Under the pieces are notes generated by a model that was not told the DNA's origin, made no database searches, and saw only the letters and a program-made list of their open reading frames with translations. This document shows, one piece after another, positions 22,201 to 36,700 of a stretch of 64,000 bases of DNA; the stretch's first letter is position 1, and the number at the start of each line of letters is the position of its first letter. The position numbers and the translations under genes are program-made. Source of the stretch: Eledone cirrhosa (Eukaryota); contig OZ024754.1 of assembly GCA_964016885.1 (NCBI GenBank), forward strand, positions 22,878,001-22,942,000, in the 5' to 3' direction.

Positions 22201-22769
22201 ACACCCCAGTCTAGGTGGTATATTTCAGCAGGGAGTGATGGACTCTACACACTAGTCTAGGTGGTACATCTCAGTTGTGGTAGGGAGTGGTAGACTACAC
22301 ACCCCAGTGGAGGTGGTATATCTCAGTTGTGGTAGGGAGTGGTAGACTACACACCCCAGTCGAGGTGGTATATCTCAGCTGCGGTAGGGAGTGGTAGACT
22401 TTACACCCCAGTCTAGGTGGTATATCTCAGTTGTGGTGGGGAGTGACACACTCTACACCCCAGTCTAGGTGGTATATTTCAGCAGGGAGTGATGGACTCT
22501 ACACCCCAGTCCAGGTGGTATATCTCAGTTGTGGTGGGGAGTGACACACTCTACACCCCAGTCTAGGTGGTATATTTCAGCAGGGAGTGATGGACTCTAC
22601 ACCCCAGTCCAGGTGGTATATCTCAGTTGTGGTAGGGAGTGGTAGACTCTACACCCCAGTCTAGGTGGTATATCTCAGCTGATGGAGGGAGTGACAGACT
22701 ACACCCCTGGATATGTGGTATATCTCAGCTGGGAATGACAGACTCTACACTCCAGTGTAGGTGGTATAT

Positions 22770-25700
22770 CTCAGCTGTTGTAGGGAGTGGTAGACTCTAC
22801 GCCCCAATCAAGGTGGTATATCTCAGCTGTGGTAGGGAGTGACAGACGCTACAACCCAGTTTAGGTGGTATATCTCAGCTGTTGGAGGGAGTGACATACT
22901 CTATACCCCAATCTAGGTGGTATATCTCAGCTGTGTTAGGGAGTGCCAGACTCTAGACCCCAGTTTAGGTGGTATATCTCAGCTGTGGGAGGGAGTGACA
23001 GACTCCACACCCCAGTGTAGGTGGTATATCTCAGCTGGCAATGACAGACTCTACACTCCAGTTTAGGTGGTATATCTCAGCTGTTGGAGGGAGTGATAGA
23101 CTCTACACCCCTGTCTAGGTGGTATATCTCAGCTGTGGTAGGGAGTGACTCACTCTACACCCCAGTCTAGGTGGTATATCTCAGCTGTTGGAGGGAGTGA
23201 CTCACTCTACACCCCAGTCTAGGTGGTATATCTAAGCAGTTGGAGGGAGTGGTAGATTCGAGACCCCAGTCCAGGTGGTATATCTCAGCTGTGGTAGGGA
23301 GTGACAGACTACACCCCAGTCTAGGTGGTATATCTCAGCTGCGGTAGGGAGTGGTAGACTCTACACCCCAGTCTAGGTGGTATATCTAAGCTGATGGAGG
23401 GAGTGACAGACTCTACACCCCAGTCTAGGTGGTATATCTAAGCTGATGGAGGGAGTGACAGACTCTACACCCCAGTCTAGGTGGTATTTCTCAGCTGTGG
23501 TAGGGAGTGACACACTCTACACCCCAGTCTAGGTGGTATATCTCAGTTGTGGTAGGGAGTGACAGTCTCTACACCCCAGTCTAGGTGGTATATCTCAGCT
23601 GTGGTAGGGAGTGGTAGACTCTACACCCCACTCTAGGTGGTATATCTAAGCTCTGGTAGGGAGTGACAGACGCTACACCCCAATGTAGGTGGTATACCTC
23701 AGCTGTGGTAGAGAGTGACAGACTAGACCCCAGTTTAGGTGGTATATCTCAGCTGTGTTAGGGAGTGCCAGACTCTAGACCCCAGTTTAGGTGGTATATC
23801 TCAGCTGTTGGAGGGAGTGACAGACTCTACACCCCAGTCTAGGTGGTATATCTCACCTGGGAGTGACAGACTCCACACCCCAGTGCAGGTGGTATATCTC
23901 AGCTGTGGTAGGGAGTGGTAGACTCTACACCCTGTCTAGGTGGTATATCTCAGTTGTGGTAGGGAGTGGTAGTCTCTACAGCCCACTCTAGGTGGTATTT
24001 CTCAGCTGTGGTGGGGAGTGACACACTCTACACCCCAGTGTAGGTGGTATATTTCAGCTGGGAGTGACATACTGTAGACCCCAGTCTAAGTGCTATATCT
24101 CCGTTGAGGTAGGGCGTGGTAGACTCTACTCCCCTGTATAGGTGGTATATCTCAGCTGTGGTAGGGAGTGACACACTCTACACCCCAGTCTAGGTGGTAT
24201 ATCTCAGTTGTGGTAGAGAGTGGTAGACTCTACACGCTTGTCTAGGTTGTATATCACAGTTATGGTAGGGAGGACAGACACTACACCCCAGTATAGGTGG
24301 TATATCTCAGCTGTTGGAGGGAGGGACAGACTCTACACCCCATTCTAGGTAGTATATCTCAGCTGTGGTAGGGAGTCACAGACTCTACACCCCAGTCTAG
24401 GTGGTATATCTAAGCTGATGGAGGGAGTGACAGACTACACCCCAGTCTAGGTGGTATATTTCAGCTGTGGCAGGGAGTGACAGACTACACCCCAGTCTAG
24501 GTGGTATATCTCAGTTGTGGTAGGGATTCACACACTCTACACCCCAGTCTAGGTGGTATATCTCAGCTGGGAATGACAGACTCTACACCCTAGTCTAGGT
24601 GGTATATCTCAGCTGGGAATGACAGACTCTACACCCCAGTCTAGGTGGTATATCTAAGCTGATGGAGGGAGTGACAGACTCTACACCCCAATCTAGGTGG
24701 TATATCTCAGCTGTGGTAGGGAGTGCAGACTACACCCGAGTTTAGTTGGTATATCTCAGCTGTGTTAGGGAGTGCCAGACTCTACACCCCAGTTTAGGTG
24801 GTATATCTCACCTGGGAGTGACAGACTCCACACCCCAGTGTAGGTGGTATATCTCAGCTGCGTTAGGGTGTGACAGACTCTACACCCCAGTCTAGGTGGC
24901 ATATCTAAGCTGTGTTAGGGTGTGACAGACTCTACACCCCAGTCTAGGTGGTATATCTCAGCTGTTGGAGGGAGTGACAGACTGTAAACCCCTGTCTAGG
25001 TGGTATATCTCAGCTGGGAATGACAGACTCTACACTCCAGTGTCGGTGGTATATCTCAGCTGTGGTAGGGAGTGGTTGACTCTACACCCCAGTCTAGGTG
25101 GTATATCTCAGGTGTGGTAGGGAGTGGTAGACTCTACACCCCTGTCTAGGTGGTATATCTCAGTTGTGTTAGGGTGTGACACACTCTACACCCCAGTCTA
25201 GGTGGTATATCTAAGCTGTTGGAGGGAGTAGTAGACTCTACACCCCAGTCTAGGTGGTATATCTCAGCTGATGGAGGGAGTGACAGTCTATACCCCAATC
25301 TAGGTGGTATATCTCAGCTGTGGTAGGGAGTGACAGACTACAGCCCAATCTAGGTGGTATATCTCAGCTGTTGTAGGGAGTGGTAGACTCTACGCCCCAA
25401 TCAAGGTGGTATATCTCAGCTGTGGTAGGGAGTGACAGACGCTACAACCCAGTTTAGGTGATATATCTCAGCTGTTGGAGGGAGTGACATACTCTATACC
25501 CCAATCTAGGTGGTATATCTCAGCTGTGTTAGGGAGTGCCAGACTCTAGACCCCAGTTTAGGTGGTATATCTCAGCTGTGGGAGGGAGTGACAGACTCCA
25601 CACCCCAGTGTAGGTGGTATATCTCAGCTGGCAATGACAGACTCTACACTCCAGTTTAGGTGGTATATCTCAGCTGTTGGAGGGAGTGATAGACTCTACA

Positions 25701-27780
25701 CCCCTGTCTAGGTGGTATATCTCAGCTGTGGTAGGGAGTGACTCACTCTACACCCCAGTCTAGGTGGTATATCTCAGCTGTTGGAGGGAGTGACTCACTC
25801 TACACCCCAGTCTAGGTGGTATATCTAAGCAGTTGGAGGGAGTGGTAGATTCGAGACCCCAGTCCAGGTGGTATATCTCAGCTGTGGTAGGGAGTGACAG
25901 ACTACACCCCAGTCTAGGTGGTATATCTCAGCTGCGGTAGGGAGTGACAGACTCTACACCCCAGTCTAGGTGGTATATCTAAGCTGATGGAGGGAGTGAC
26001 AGACTCTACACCCCAGTCTAGGTGGTATTTCTCAGCTGTGGTAGGGAGTGACACACTCTACACCCCAGTCTAGGTGGTATATCTCAGTTGTGGTAGGGAG
26101 TGACAGTCTCTACACCCCAGTCTAGGTGGTATATCTCAGCTGTGGTAGGGAGTGGTAGACTCTACACCCCACTCTAGGTGGTATATCTAAGCTCTGGTAG
26201 GGAGTGACAGACGCTACACCCCAATGTAGGTGGTATACCTCAGCTGTGGTAGAGAGTGACAGACTAGACCCCAGTTTAGGTGGTATATCTCAGCTGTGTT
26301 AGGGAGTGCCAGACTCTAGACCCCAGTTTAGGTGGTATATCTCAGCTGTTGGAGGGAGTGACAGACTCTACACCCCAGTCTAGGTGGTATATCTCACCTG
26401 GGAGTGACAGACTCCACACCCCAGTGCAGGTGGTATATCTCAGCTGTGGTAGGGAGTGGTAGACTCTACACCCTGTCTAGGTGGTATATCTCAGTTGTGG
26501 TAGGGAGTGGTAGTCTCTACAGCCCACTCTAGGTGGTATTTCTCAGCTGTGGTGGGGAGTGACACACTCTACACCCCAGTGTAGGTGGTATATTTCAGCT
26601 GGGAGTGACATACTGTAGACCCCAGTCTAAGTGCTATATCTCCGTTGAGGTAGGGCGTGGTAGACTCTACTCCCCTGTATAGGTGGTATATCTCAGCTGT
26701 GGTAGGGAGTGACACACTCTACACCCCAGTCTAGGTGGTATATCTCAGTTGTGGTAGAGAGTGGTAGACTCTACACGCTTGTCTAGGTTGTATATCACAG
26801 TTATGGTAGGGAGGACAGACACTACACCCCAGTATAGGTGGTATATCTCAGCTGTTGGAGGGAGGGACAGACTCTACACCCCATTCTAGGTAGTATATCT
26901 CAGCTGTGGTAGGGAGTCACAGACTCTACACCCCAGTCTAGGTGGTATATCTAAGCTGATGGAGGGAGTGACAGACTACACCCCAGTCTAGGTGGTATAT
27001 TTCAGCTGTGGCAGGGAGTGACAGACTACACCCCAGTCTAGGTGGTATATCTCAGTTGTGGTAGGGATTCACACACTCTACACCCCAGTCTAGGTGGTAT
27101 ATCTCAGCTGGGAATGACAGACTCTACACCCTAGTCTAGGTGGTATATCTCAGCTGGGAATGATAGACTCTACACCCCAGTCTAGGTGGTATATCTAAGC
27201 TGATGGAGGGAGTGACAGACTCTACACCCCAATCTAGGTGGTATATCTCAGCTGTGGTAGGGAGTGCAGACTACACCCGAGTTTAGTTGGTATATCTCAG
27301 CTGTGTTAGGGAGTGCCAGACTCTACACCCCAGTTTAGGTGGTATATCTCACCTGGGAGTGACAGACTCCACACCCCAGTGTAGGTGGTATATCTCAGCT
27401 GCGTTAGGGTGTGACAGACTCTACACCCCAGTCTAGGTGGCATATCTAAGCTGTGTTAGGGTGTGACAGACTCTACACCCCAGTCTAGGTGGTATATCTC
27501 AGCTGTTGGAGGGAGTGACAGACTGTAAACCCCTGTCTAGGTGGTATATCTCAGCTGGGAATGACAGACTCTACACTCCAGTGTCGGTGGTATATCTCAG
27601 CTGTGGTAGGGAGTGGTTGACTCTACACCCCAGTCTAGGTGGTATATCTCAGCTGTGGTAGGGAGTGACAGACTCTACACCCCAGTCTAGGTGGTATATC
27701 TCAGGTGTGGTAGGGAGTGGTAGACTCTACACCCCTGTCTAGGTGGTATATCTCAGTTGTGGTAGGGAGTGACAGACTAC
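22770..27780. repeat. Near-identical ~2.55-kb higher-order duplication
   Basis: gccccaatcaagg at 22801/25394 (offset 2593); identical ORF-track peptides at 23739/26280 (offset 2541, i.e. one 52-mer less). Boundaries approximate. Confidence 0.85.
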
Positions 27781-30700
27781 AGCCCAATCTAGGTGGTATA
27801 TCTCAGCTTTGTTAGGGAGTGTCAGACTCTACACCCCAGTGTAGGTGGTATATCTCAGCTGTGATAGGGAGTGACAGACTACACCCTTGTCTAGGTGGTA
27901 TATCTCAGCTGGGAATGACAGACTCTACACTCCAGTGTAGGTGGTATATCTCAGCTGTGGTAGGGAGTGGTAGACTCTACACCCCAATCTAGGTGGTATA
28001 TCTCAGCTGTGGTAGGGTGTGACGGACGCTACAACCCGGTTTAGGTGGTATATCTCAGCTGTTGGAGGGAGTGACATAGTCTACACCCCAATGTAGGTGG
28101 TATACCTCAGCTGTGGTAGGGAGTGACAGATTAGACCCCAGTTTAGGTGATATATCTCAGCTGTGTTAGGGAGTGCCATACTCTAGACCCCAATTTAGGT
28201 GGTATATCTCAGCTGTGGGAGGGAGTGACAGACTCTACACCCCAGTCTAGGTGGTATATCTCACCTGGGAGTGATAGACTCCACACCCCAGTCTAGGTGG
28301 TATATCTCAGCTGTGGTAGGGAGTGCCAGACTACACCCCTGTCTAGGTGGTATATCTCAGCTGGGAATGACAAACTGTACACTCCAGTGTAGGTGGTATA
28401 TCTCAGCTGTGGTAGGGTGTGGTAGACTGTACACCCTGTCTAGGTGGTATATCTCAGTTGTGGTAGGGAGTGGTAGACTCTACAGCCCAGTCTAGGTGGT
28501 ATTTCTCAGCTGTGTTAGGGAGTGACACACTCTACACCCCAGTCTAGGTGGTATATTTCAGCTGGGAGTGACAGACTCTACACCCCAGTCTAGGTGGTAT
28601 ATCTCAGTTGTGGTAGGGAGTGGTAGACTCTAAACCCTTGTCTAGGTGGTATATCTCTGCTGTGGTAGGGAATGGTAGACTACACCCAGTCTAGGTGGTA
28701 TATATTCAGCTGGGAATGACAGACTCTACACCCCAGTCTAGGTGGTGTATCTAAGCAGTTGGAGCGAGTGGTAGATTCTACACCCCAGTCTAGGTGGTAT
28801 ATCTCAGCAGTGGTAGGGAGTGACAGACTCTACACCCCAGTCTAGGTGGTATATCTCAGCTGTGGTAGGGAGTGACAGACTCTACACCCTTGACTAGGTG
28901 GTACTTCTCAGCTGTGGTAGGGAGTGACACAGTCTGCACCCCAGTCTAGGTGGCATATTTCAGCTGGGAGTGACAGACTCTACACCCCAGTCTAGGTGGT
29001 ATATCTCAGTTGTGGTAGGGAGTGGTAGACTGTAAACCCCTGTCTAGGTGGTATATCTCAGCTGTGGTAGGGAGTGACACACTCTACACCCCAGTGTAGG
29101 TGGTATATTTCAGCCGGGAATGACAGACTCTACACCCCAGTCTGGGTGGTATATCTCAGCTGTGGTAGGGAGTGGTAGACTCTACACCCCAGTCTAGGTG
29201 GTATATCTCAGCTGTGGTAGGGAGTGACAGAATACGCCCCTGTCTAGGTGGTATATTTCAGCTGTGGTAGGGAGTGACAAACTACAACCCAGTCTAGGTG
29301 GTATATCTCAGCTGATGGAGGGAGTGACAGTCTACACCCCAGTCTAGGTGGTATATCTCAGCTGTGGTAGGGAGTGGTAGACTATACACCCCAGTCTAGG
29401 TGGTATATCACAGCTGGGAATCACAGATTCTACGCTCCAGTGTAGGTGGTATATCTCTGCTGTGGCAGGGAGTGGTAGATTCTACACTCCAGTCTAGGTG
29501 GTATATCTCAGCTGTGGTAGGGAGTCACAGACTCTACACCCCAGTCTAGGTGGTATATCTCAGTGGTGGTAGGGAGTGGTAGAAGCTACACCCCTGTCTA
29601 GCTGGTATATCTAAGCTGTGGTAGGGTGTGACAGATTTTACACCCCTGTCTAGCTGGTATATCTCAGCTGTGGTAGGGAGTCACAGACTCTGCACCCCTG
29701 TCTAGGTTGTACATCTAAGCTGACGGAGGGAGTGACAGATTACACCCCAGTCTAGGTGGTATATCTAAGCAGTTGGAGGGAGTGGTAGATTCTACACCCC
29801 AGTCTAGGTGGTATATCTCAGCTGTGGTAGGGAGTGTTCGACTTTGCACCCCAGTGTAGGTGGTATATCTCAGTTGTGGTATGGAATGACACACTCTACA
29901 CCCCAGTCTAGGTGGTATATTTCAGCTGGGAGTGACAGACTCTACACTCCAGTCTATGTGGTATATCTAAGCTGTTTGAGGGAGTGACAAATGCTACACC
30001 CCAGTCTAGGTGGTATATCTCACCTGGGAGTGACAGATTCTGCACTCCAGTGTAGGTGGTATATCTCAGCTGTGGTAGGGAGTGCCAGACTCTACACCAC
30101 AGTTTAGGTTGTATATGTCAGTTGTGGTAGTGAGTGACAGACTCTACACCCCAGTCTAGGTGGTATATCTCGCCTGGGAGTGACAGATTCTGCACCCCAG
30201 TGTAGGTGGTATATCTCAGCTGTGGCAGGGAGTGCCAGACTCTACACCACAGTTTAGGTTGTATATGTCAGTTGTGGTAGTGAGTGACAGACTCTACACC
30301 CCAGTCTGTGGTATACCTAAGCTGTTTGAGGGAGTGACAGATGCTACACCTCAGTCTAGGTGGTATATCTCACCTGGGAGTGACAGATTCTGCACCCCAG
30401 TGTAGGTGGTATATCTCAGCTGTTTGAGGGAGTGACAAATGCTACACCCCAGTCTAGGTGGTATATCTCACCTGGGAGTGACAGGCTCCGCACCCCAGTG
30501 TAGGTGGTATATCTCAGCTGTGGTAGGGAGTGACACACTCTATACTCCAGTCTAGGTGGTATATTTCAGCTGGGAGTGACAGACTCTGCTCCCCAGTCTA
30601 GATGGTATATCTCAGTTGTTGGTAGGGAGTCACAGACTCTACACTCCAGTCTAGGTGGTATATCTCAGCTGTGGTAGGGAGTCACAGACTCTACACACCA

Positions 30701-33700
30701 GTCTAGGTGGTATATCTCAGCTGTGGTAGGGGGTCAGAGACTACACCCCAGATTAGGTGGTATATCTCAGCTGTGGTAGGGAGTGGTAGACTTTACACGC
30801 CAGTCTAGATGGTATATCTCAGTTGTGGTAAGGAGTGGTACTCTACACCCCTGTCTAGGTGGTATATCTAAGCTGATGGAGGGAGTGACATACTACACCC
30901 CAGTCTACGTGGTATATCTAAGCAGTTGGTGGGAGCGGTAGATTCTACACCCCAGTCTAGGTGGTATATCTCAGCTGTTGGAGGGGGTGGTAGACTATAC
31001 ACCCCAGTCAAGGTGATATATCTAAGCTGTGGTAGGGTGTGACAGACTCTACACCCCTGTCTAGGTGGTATAACTCAGCTGTGGTAGGGAGTCACAGACT
31101 CTACACCCCAGTCTAGGTGGTATATCTAAGCTGTTGGTGGGAGTGACAGACTCTACACCCCAGTCTAGGTGGTATATCTAAGCTGTGGTAGGGTGTGACA
31201 GACTCTACACCCCTGTCTAGGTGGTTTAACTCAGCTGTGGTAGGGAGTCACAGACTGTACACCCCTGTCTAGGTGGTATATCTCAGCTGTGGTAGGGAGT
31301 GGTAGACTCTACACCCTAGTCTAGGTGGTATATTTAAGCAGTTGGAGGGAGTGCTAGATTCTACACCCCAGTTTAGGTGGTATATCTCAGCTGTGGTAGG
31401 GAGTCACAGACTCTACACCCCAGTCTAGGTCGTATATCTCAGCTGGCAATGACACTCTACACTCCAGTGTAGGTGGTATATCTCAGTTGTGGTAGGGAGT
31501 GGTAGACTCTACACCCCTGTCTAGGTGGTATATCTAAGCTGGGAGTGACGGACTCTACACCCCAGTCTAGGGGTGGTATATCTCAGTTGTGGTAGGGAGT
31601 GACAGATTCTACACCCCAGTTTAGGTGGTATATCTCAGCTGTTGGAGGGAGTGGTAGACTATACACCCCAGTCTAGGTGGTATATCTAAACTGTGGTAGG
31701 GTGTGACATACTCTACACCCCAGTCTAGGTGGTATATCTAAGCTGTTGGAGGGAGTGACAGACTCTACACTCTAGTCTAGGTGGTATATCTCAGCTGTGG
31801 TAGGGAGTGACAGACTAGACCCCTGTCGAGGTGGTATATCTCAGTTGTGGTAGGGAGTGACAGACTCTACACCACAGTCTAGGTGGTATATCTCAGCTGT
31901 GGTAGGGAGTGACAGACTCTACACCCCAGCCTAGGTGGTATATCTCAGCTGTTGGAGGGAGTGACAGAGTTTACACCCCTGTCTAGGTGGTACATCTCAG
32001 CTGCGGTAGGGAGTGGTAGACTCTACACCACAGTCTAGATGGTATATCTAACCTAGCAGTGACAGATTCCACACCCCTGTGTAGGTGGTATATCTCAGTT
32101 GTGGTAAGGAGTAACAGACTCTACACTCCCGTCTAGGTGGTATATCTCAGCTGTGGTAGGGAGTGCCAGACTCTACACCCCAGTTTAAGTGGTATCTCAG
32201 CTGTTGGAGGGAGTGGTAGACTATACACCCCAGTCTAGGTGATATATCTCAGCTGTGGTAGGGAGTCACAGACTCTACACACCAGTCTAGGTGGTATATC
32301 TCAGCTGTGGTAGGGAGTCACAGACTCTACACTCCAGTCTAGGTGATATATCTCAGCTGTGGTAGGGAGTCACAGACTCTACACACCAGTCTAGGTGGTA
32401 TATCTCAGCTGTGGTAGGGGGTCAGAGACTACACCCCAGATTAGGTGGTATATCTCAGCTGTGGTAGGGAGTGGTAGACTTTACACGCCAGTCTAGATGG
32501 TATATCTCAGTTGTGGTAAGGAGTGGTACTCTACACCCCTGTCTAGGTGGTATATCTAAGTTGATGGAGGGAGTGACATACTACACCCCAGTCTACGTGG
32601 TATATCTAAGCTGTGTTAGGGTGTGACAGACTCTACACCCCAGTCTAGGTGGTATATCTCAGCTGTTGGAGGGAGTGACAGACTCTAAACCCCTGTCTAG
32701 GTGGTATATCTCAGCTGGGAATGACAGACTCTACACTCCAGTGTCGGTGGTATATCTCAGCTGTGGTAGGGAGTGGTTGACTCTACACCCCAGTCTAGGT
32801 GGTATATCTCAGCTGTGGTAGGGAGTGACAGACTCTACACCCCAGTCTAGGTGGTATATCTCAGGTGTGGTAGGGAGTGGTAGACTCTACACCCCTGTCT
32901 AGGTGGTATATCTCAGTTGTGTTAGGGTGTGACATACTCTACACCCCAGTCTAGGTGGTATATCTAAGCTGTTGGAGGGAGTAGTAGACTCTACACCCCA
33001 GTCTAGGTGGTATATCTCAGCTGATGGAGGGAGTGACAGACTATACCCCAATCTAGGTGGTATATCTCAGCTGTGGTAGGGAGTGACAGACTACAGCCCA
33101 ATCTAGGTGGTATATCTCAGCTTTGTTAGGGAGTGTCAGACTCTACACCCCAGTGTAGGTGGTATATCTCAGCTGTGATAGGGAGTGACAGACTACACCC
33201 TTGTCTAGGTGGTATATCTCAGCTGGGAATGACAGACTCTACACTCCAGTGTAGGTGGTATATCTCAGCTGTGGTAGGGAGTGGTAGACTCTACACCCCA
33301 ATCTAGGTGGTATATCTCAGCTGTGGTAGGGTGTGACGGACGCTACAACCCGGTTTAGGTGGTATATCTCAGCTGTTGGAGGGAGTGACATAGTCTACAC
33401 CCCAATGTAGGTGGTATACCTCAGCTGTGGTAGGGAGTGACAGATTAGACCCCAGTTTAGGTGATATATCTCAGCTGTATTAGGGAGTGCCATACTCTAG
33501 ACCCCAATTTAGGTGGTATATCTCAGCTGTGGGAGGGAGTGACAGACTCTACACCCCAGTCTAGGTGGTATATCTCACCTGGGAGTGACAGACTCCACAC
33601 CCCAGTCTAGGTGGTATATCTCAGCTGTGGTAGGGAGTGCCAGACTACACCCCTGTCTAGGTGGTATATCTCAGCTGGGAATGACAAACTGTACACTCCA

Positions 33701-36700
33701 GTGTAGGTGGTATATCTCAGCGGTGGTAGGGTGTGGTAGACTGTACACCCTGTCTAGGTGGTATATCTCAGTTGTGGTAGGGAGTGGTAGACTCTACAGC
33801 CCAGTCTAGGTGGTATTTCTCAGCTGTGTTAGGGAGTGACACACTCTACACCCCAGTCTAGGTGGTATATCTCAGTTGTGGTAGGGAGTGGTAGACTCTA
33901 AACCCTTGTCTAGGTGGTATATCTCTGCTGTGGTAGGGAATGGTAGACTACACCCAGTCTAGGTGGTATATATTCAGCTGGGAATGACAGACTCTACACC
34001 CCAGTCTAGGTGGTATATCTCAGTTGTGGTAGGGAGTGACAGACTCTACACCCCAGTCTAGGTGGTGTATCTAAGCAGTTGGAGCGAGTGGTAGATTCTA
34101 CACCCCAGTCTAGGTGGTATATCTCAGCTGTGGTAGGGAGTGACAGACTCTACACCCCAGTCTATGTGGTATATTTCAGCTATGGTAGGGAGTGACAGAC
34201 TTTACACCCCAGTCTAGGTGGTATATCTCAGCAGTGGTAGGGAGTGACAGACTCTACACCCCAGTCTAGGTGGTATATCTCAGCTGTGGTAGGGAGTGAC
34301 AGACTCTACACCCTTGACTAGGTGGTACTTCTCAGCTGTGGTAGGGAGTGACACAGTCTGCACCCCAGTCTAGGTGGCATATTTCAGCTGGGAGTGACAG
34401 ACTCTACACCCCAGTCTAGGTGGTATATCTCAGTTGTGGTAGGGAGTGGTAGACTGTAAACCCCTGTCTAGGTGGTATATCTCAGCTGTGGTAGGGAGTG
34501 ACACACTCTACACCCCAGTGTAGGTGGTATATTTCAGCCGGGAATGACAGACTCTACACCCCAGTCTGGGTGGTATATCTCAGCTGTGGTAGGGAGTGGT
34601 AGACTCTACACCCCAGTCTAGGTGGTATATCTCAGCTGTGGTAGGGAGTGACAGAATACGCCCCTGTCTAGGTGGTATATTTCAGCTGTGGTAGGGAGTG
34701 ACAAACTACAACCCAGTCTAGGTGGTATATCTCAGCTGATGGAGGGAGTGACAGACTACACCCCAGTCTAGGTGGTATATCTCAGCTGTGGTAGGGAGTG
34801 GTAGACTATACACCCCAGTCTAGGTGGTGTATCACAGCTGGGAATCACAGATTCTACGCTCCAGTGTAGGTGGTATATCTCTGCTGTGGCAGGGAGTGGT
34901 AGATTCTACACTCCAGTCTAGGTGGTATATCTCAGCTGTGGTAGGGAGTCACAGACTCTACACCCCAGTCTAGGTGGTATATCTCAGTGGTGGTAGGGAG
35001 TGGTAGAAGCTACACCCCTGTCTAGCTGGTATATCTAAGCTGTGGTAGGGTGTGACAGATTTTACACCCCTGTCTAGCTGGTATATCTCAGCTGTGGTAG
35101 GGAGTCACAGACTCTGCACCCCTGTCTAGGTTGTATATCTAAGCTGACGGAGGGAGTGACAGATTACACCCCAGTCTAGGTGGTATATCTAAGCAGTTGG
35201 AGGGAGTGGTAGATTCTACACCCCAGTCTAGGTGGTATATCTCAGCTGTGGTAGGGAGTGTTCGACTTTGCACCCCAGTGTAGGTGGTATATCTCAGTTG
35301 TGGTATGGAATGACACACTCTACACCCCAGTCTAGGTGGTATATTTCAGCTGGGAGTGACAGACTCTACACTCCAGTCTATGTGGTATATCTAAGCTGTT
35401 TGAGGGAGTGACAAATGCTACACCCCAGTCTAGGTGGTATATCTCACCTGGGAGTGACAGATTCTGCACTCCAGTGTAGGTGGTATATCTCAGCTGTGGT
35501 AGGGAGTGCCAGACTCTACACCACAGTTTAGGTTGTATATGTCAGTTGTGGTAGTGAGTGACAGACTCTACACCCCAGTCTAGGTGGTATATCTCGCCTG
35601 GGAGTGACAGATTCTGCACCCCAGTGTAGGTGGTATATCTCAGCTGTGGCAGGGAGTGCCAGACTCTACACCACAGTTTAGGTTGTATATGTCAGTTGTG
35701 GTAGTGAGTGACAGACTCTACACCCCAGTCTGTGGTATACCTAAGCTGTTTGAGGGAGTGACAGATGCTACACCTCAGTCTAGGTGGTATATCTCACCTG
35801 GGAGTGACAGATTCTGCACCCCAGTGTAGGTGGTATATCTCAGCTGTTTGAGGGAGTGACAAATGCTACACCCCAGTCTAGGTGGTATATCTCACCTGGG
35901 AGTGACAGGCTCCGCACCCCAGTGTAGGTGGTATATCTCAGCTGTGGTAGGGAGTGACACACTCTATACTCCAGTCTAGGTGGTATATTTCAGCTGGGAG
36001 TGACAGACTCTGCTCCCCAGTCTAGATGGTATATCTCAGTTGTTGGTAGGGAGTCACAGACTCTACACTCCAGTCTAGGTGGTATATCTCAGCTGTGGTA
36101 GGGAGTCACAGACTCTACACACCAGTCTAGGTGGTATATCTCAGCTGTGGTAGGGGGTCAGAGACTACACCCCAGATTAAGTGGTATATCTCAGCTGTGG
36201 TAGGGAGTGGTAGACTTTACACGCCAGTCTAGATGGTATATCTCAGTTGTGGTAAGGAGTGGTACTCTACACCCCTGTCTAGGTGGTATATCTAAGCTGA
36301 TGGAGGGAGTGACATACTACACCCCAGTCTACGTGGTATATCTAAGCAGTTGGTGGGAGCGGTAGATTCTACACCCCAGTCTAGGTGGTATATCTCAGCT
36401 GTTGGAGGGGGTGGTAGACTATACACCCCAGTCAAGGTGATATATCTAAGCTGTGGTAGGGTGTGACAGACTCTACACCCCTGTCTAGGTGGTATAACTC
36501 AGCTGTGGTAGGGAGTCACAGACTCTACACCCCAGTCTAGGTGGTATATCTAAGCTGTTGGTGGGAGTGACAGACTCTACACCCCAGTCTAGGTGGTATA
36601 TCTAAGCTGTGGTAGGGTGTGACAGACTCTACACCCCTGTCTAGGTGGTTTAACTCAGCTGTGGTAGGGAGTCACAGACTGTACACCCCTGTCTAGGTGG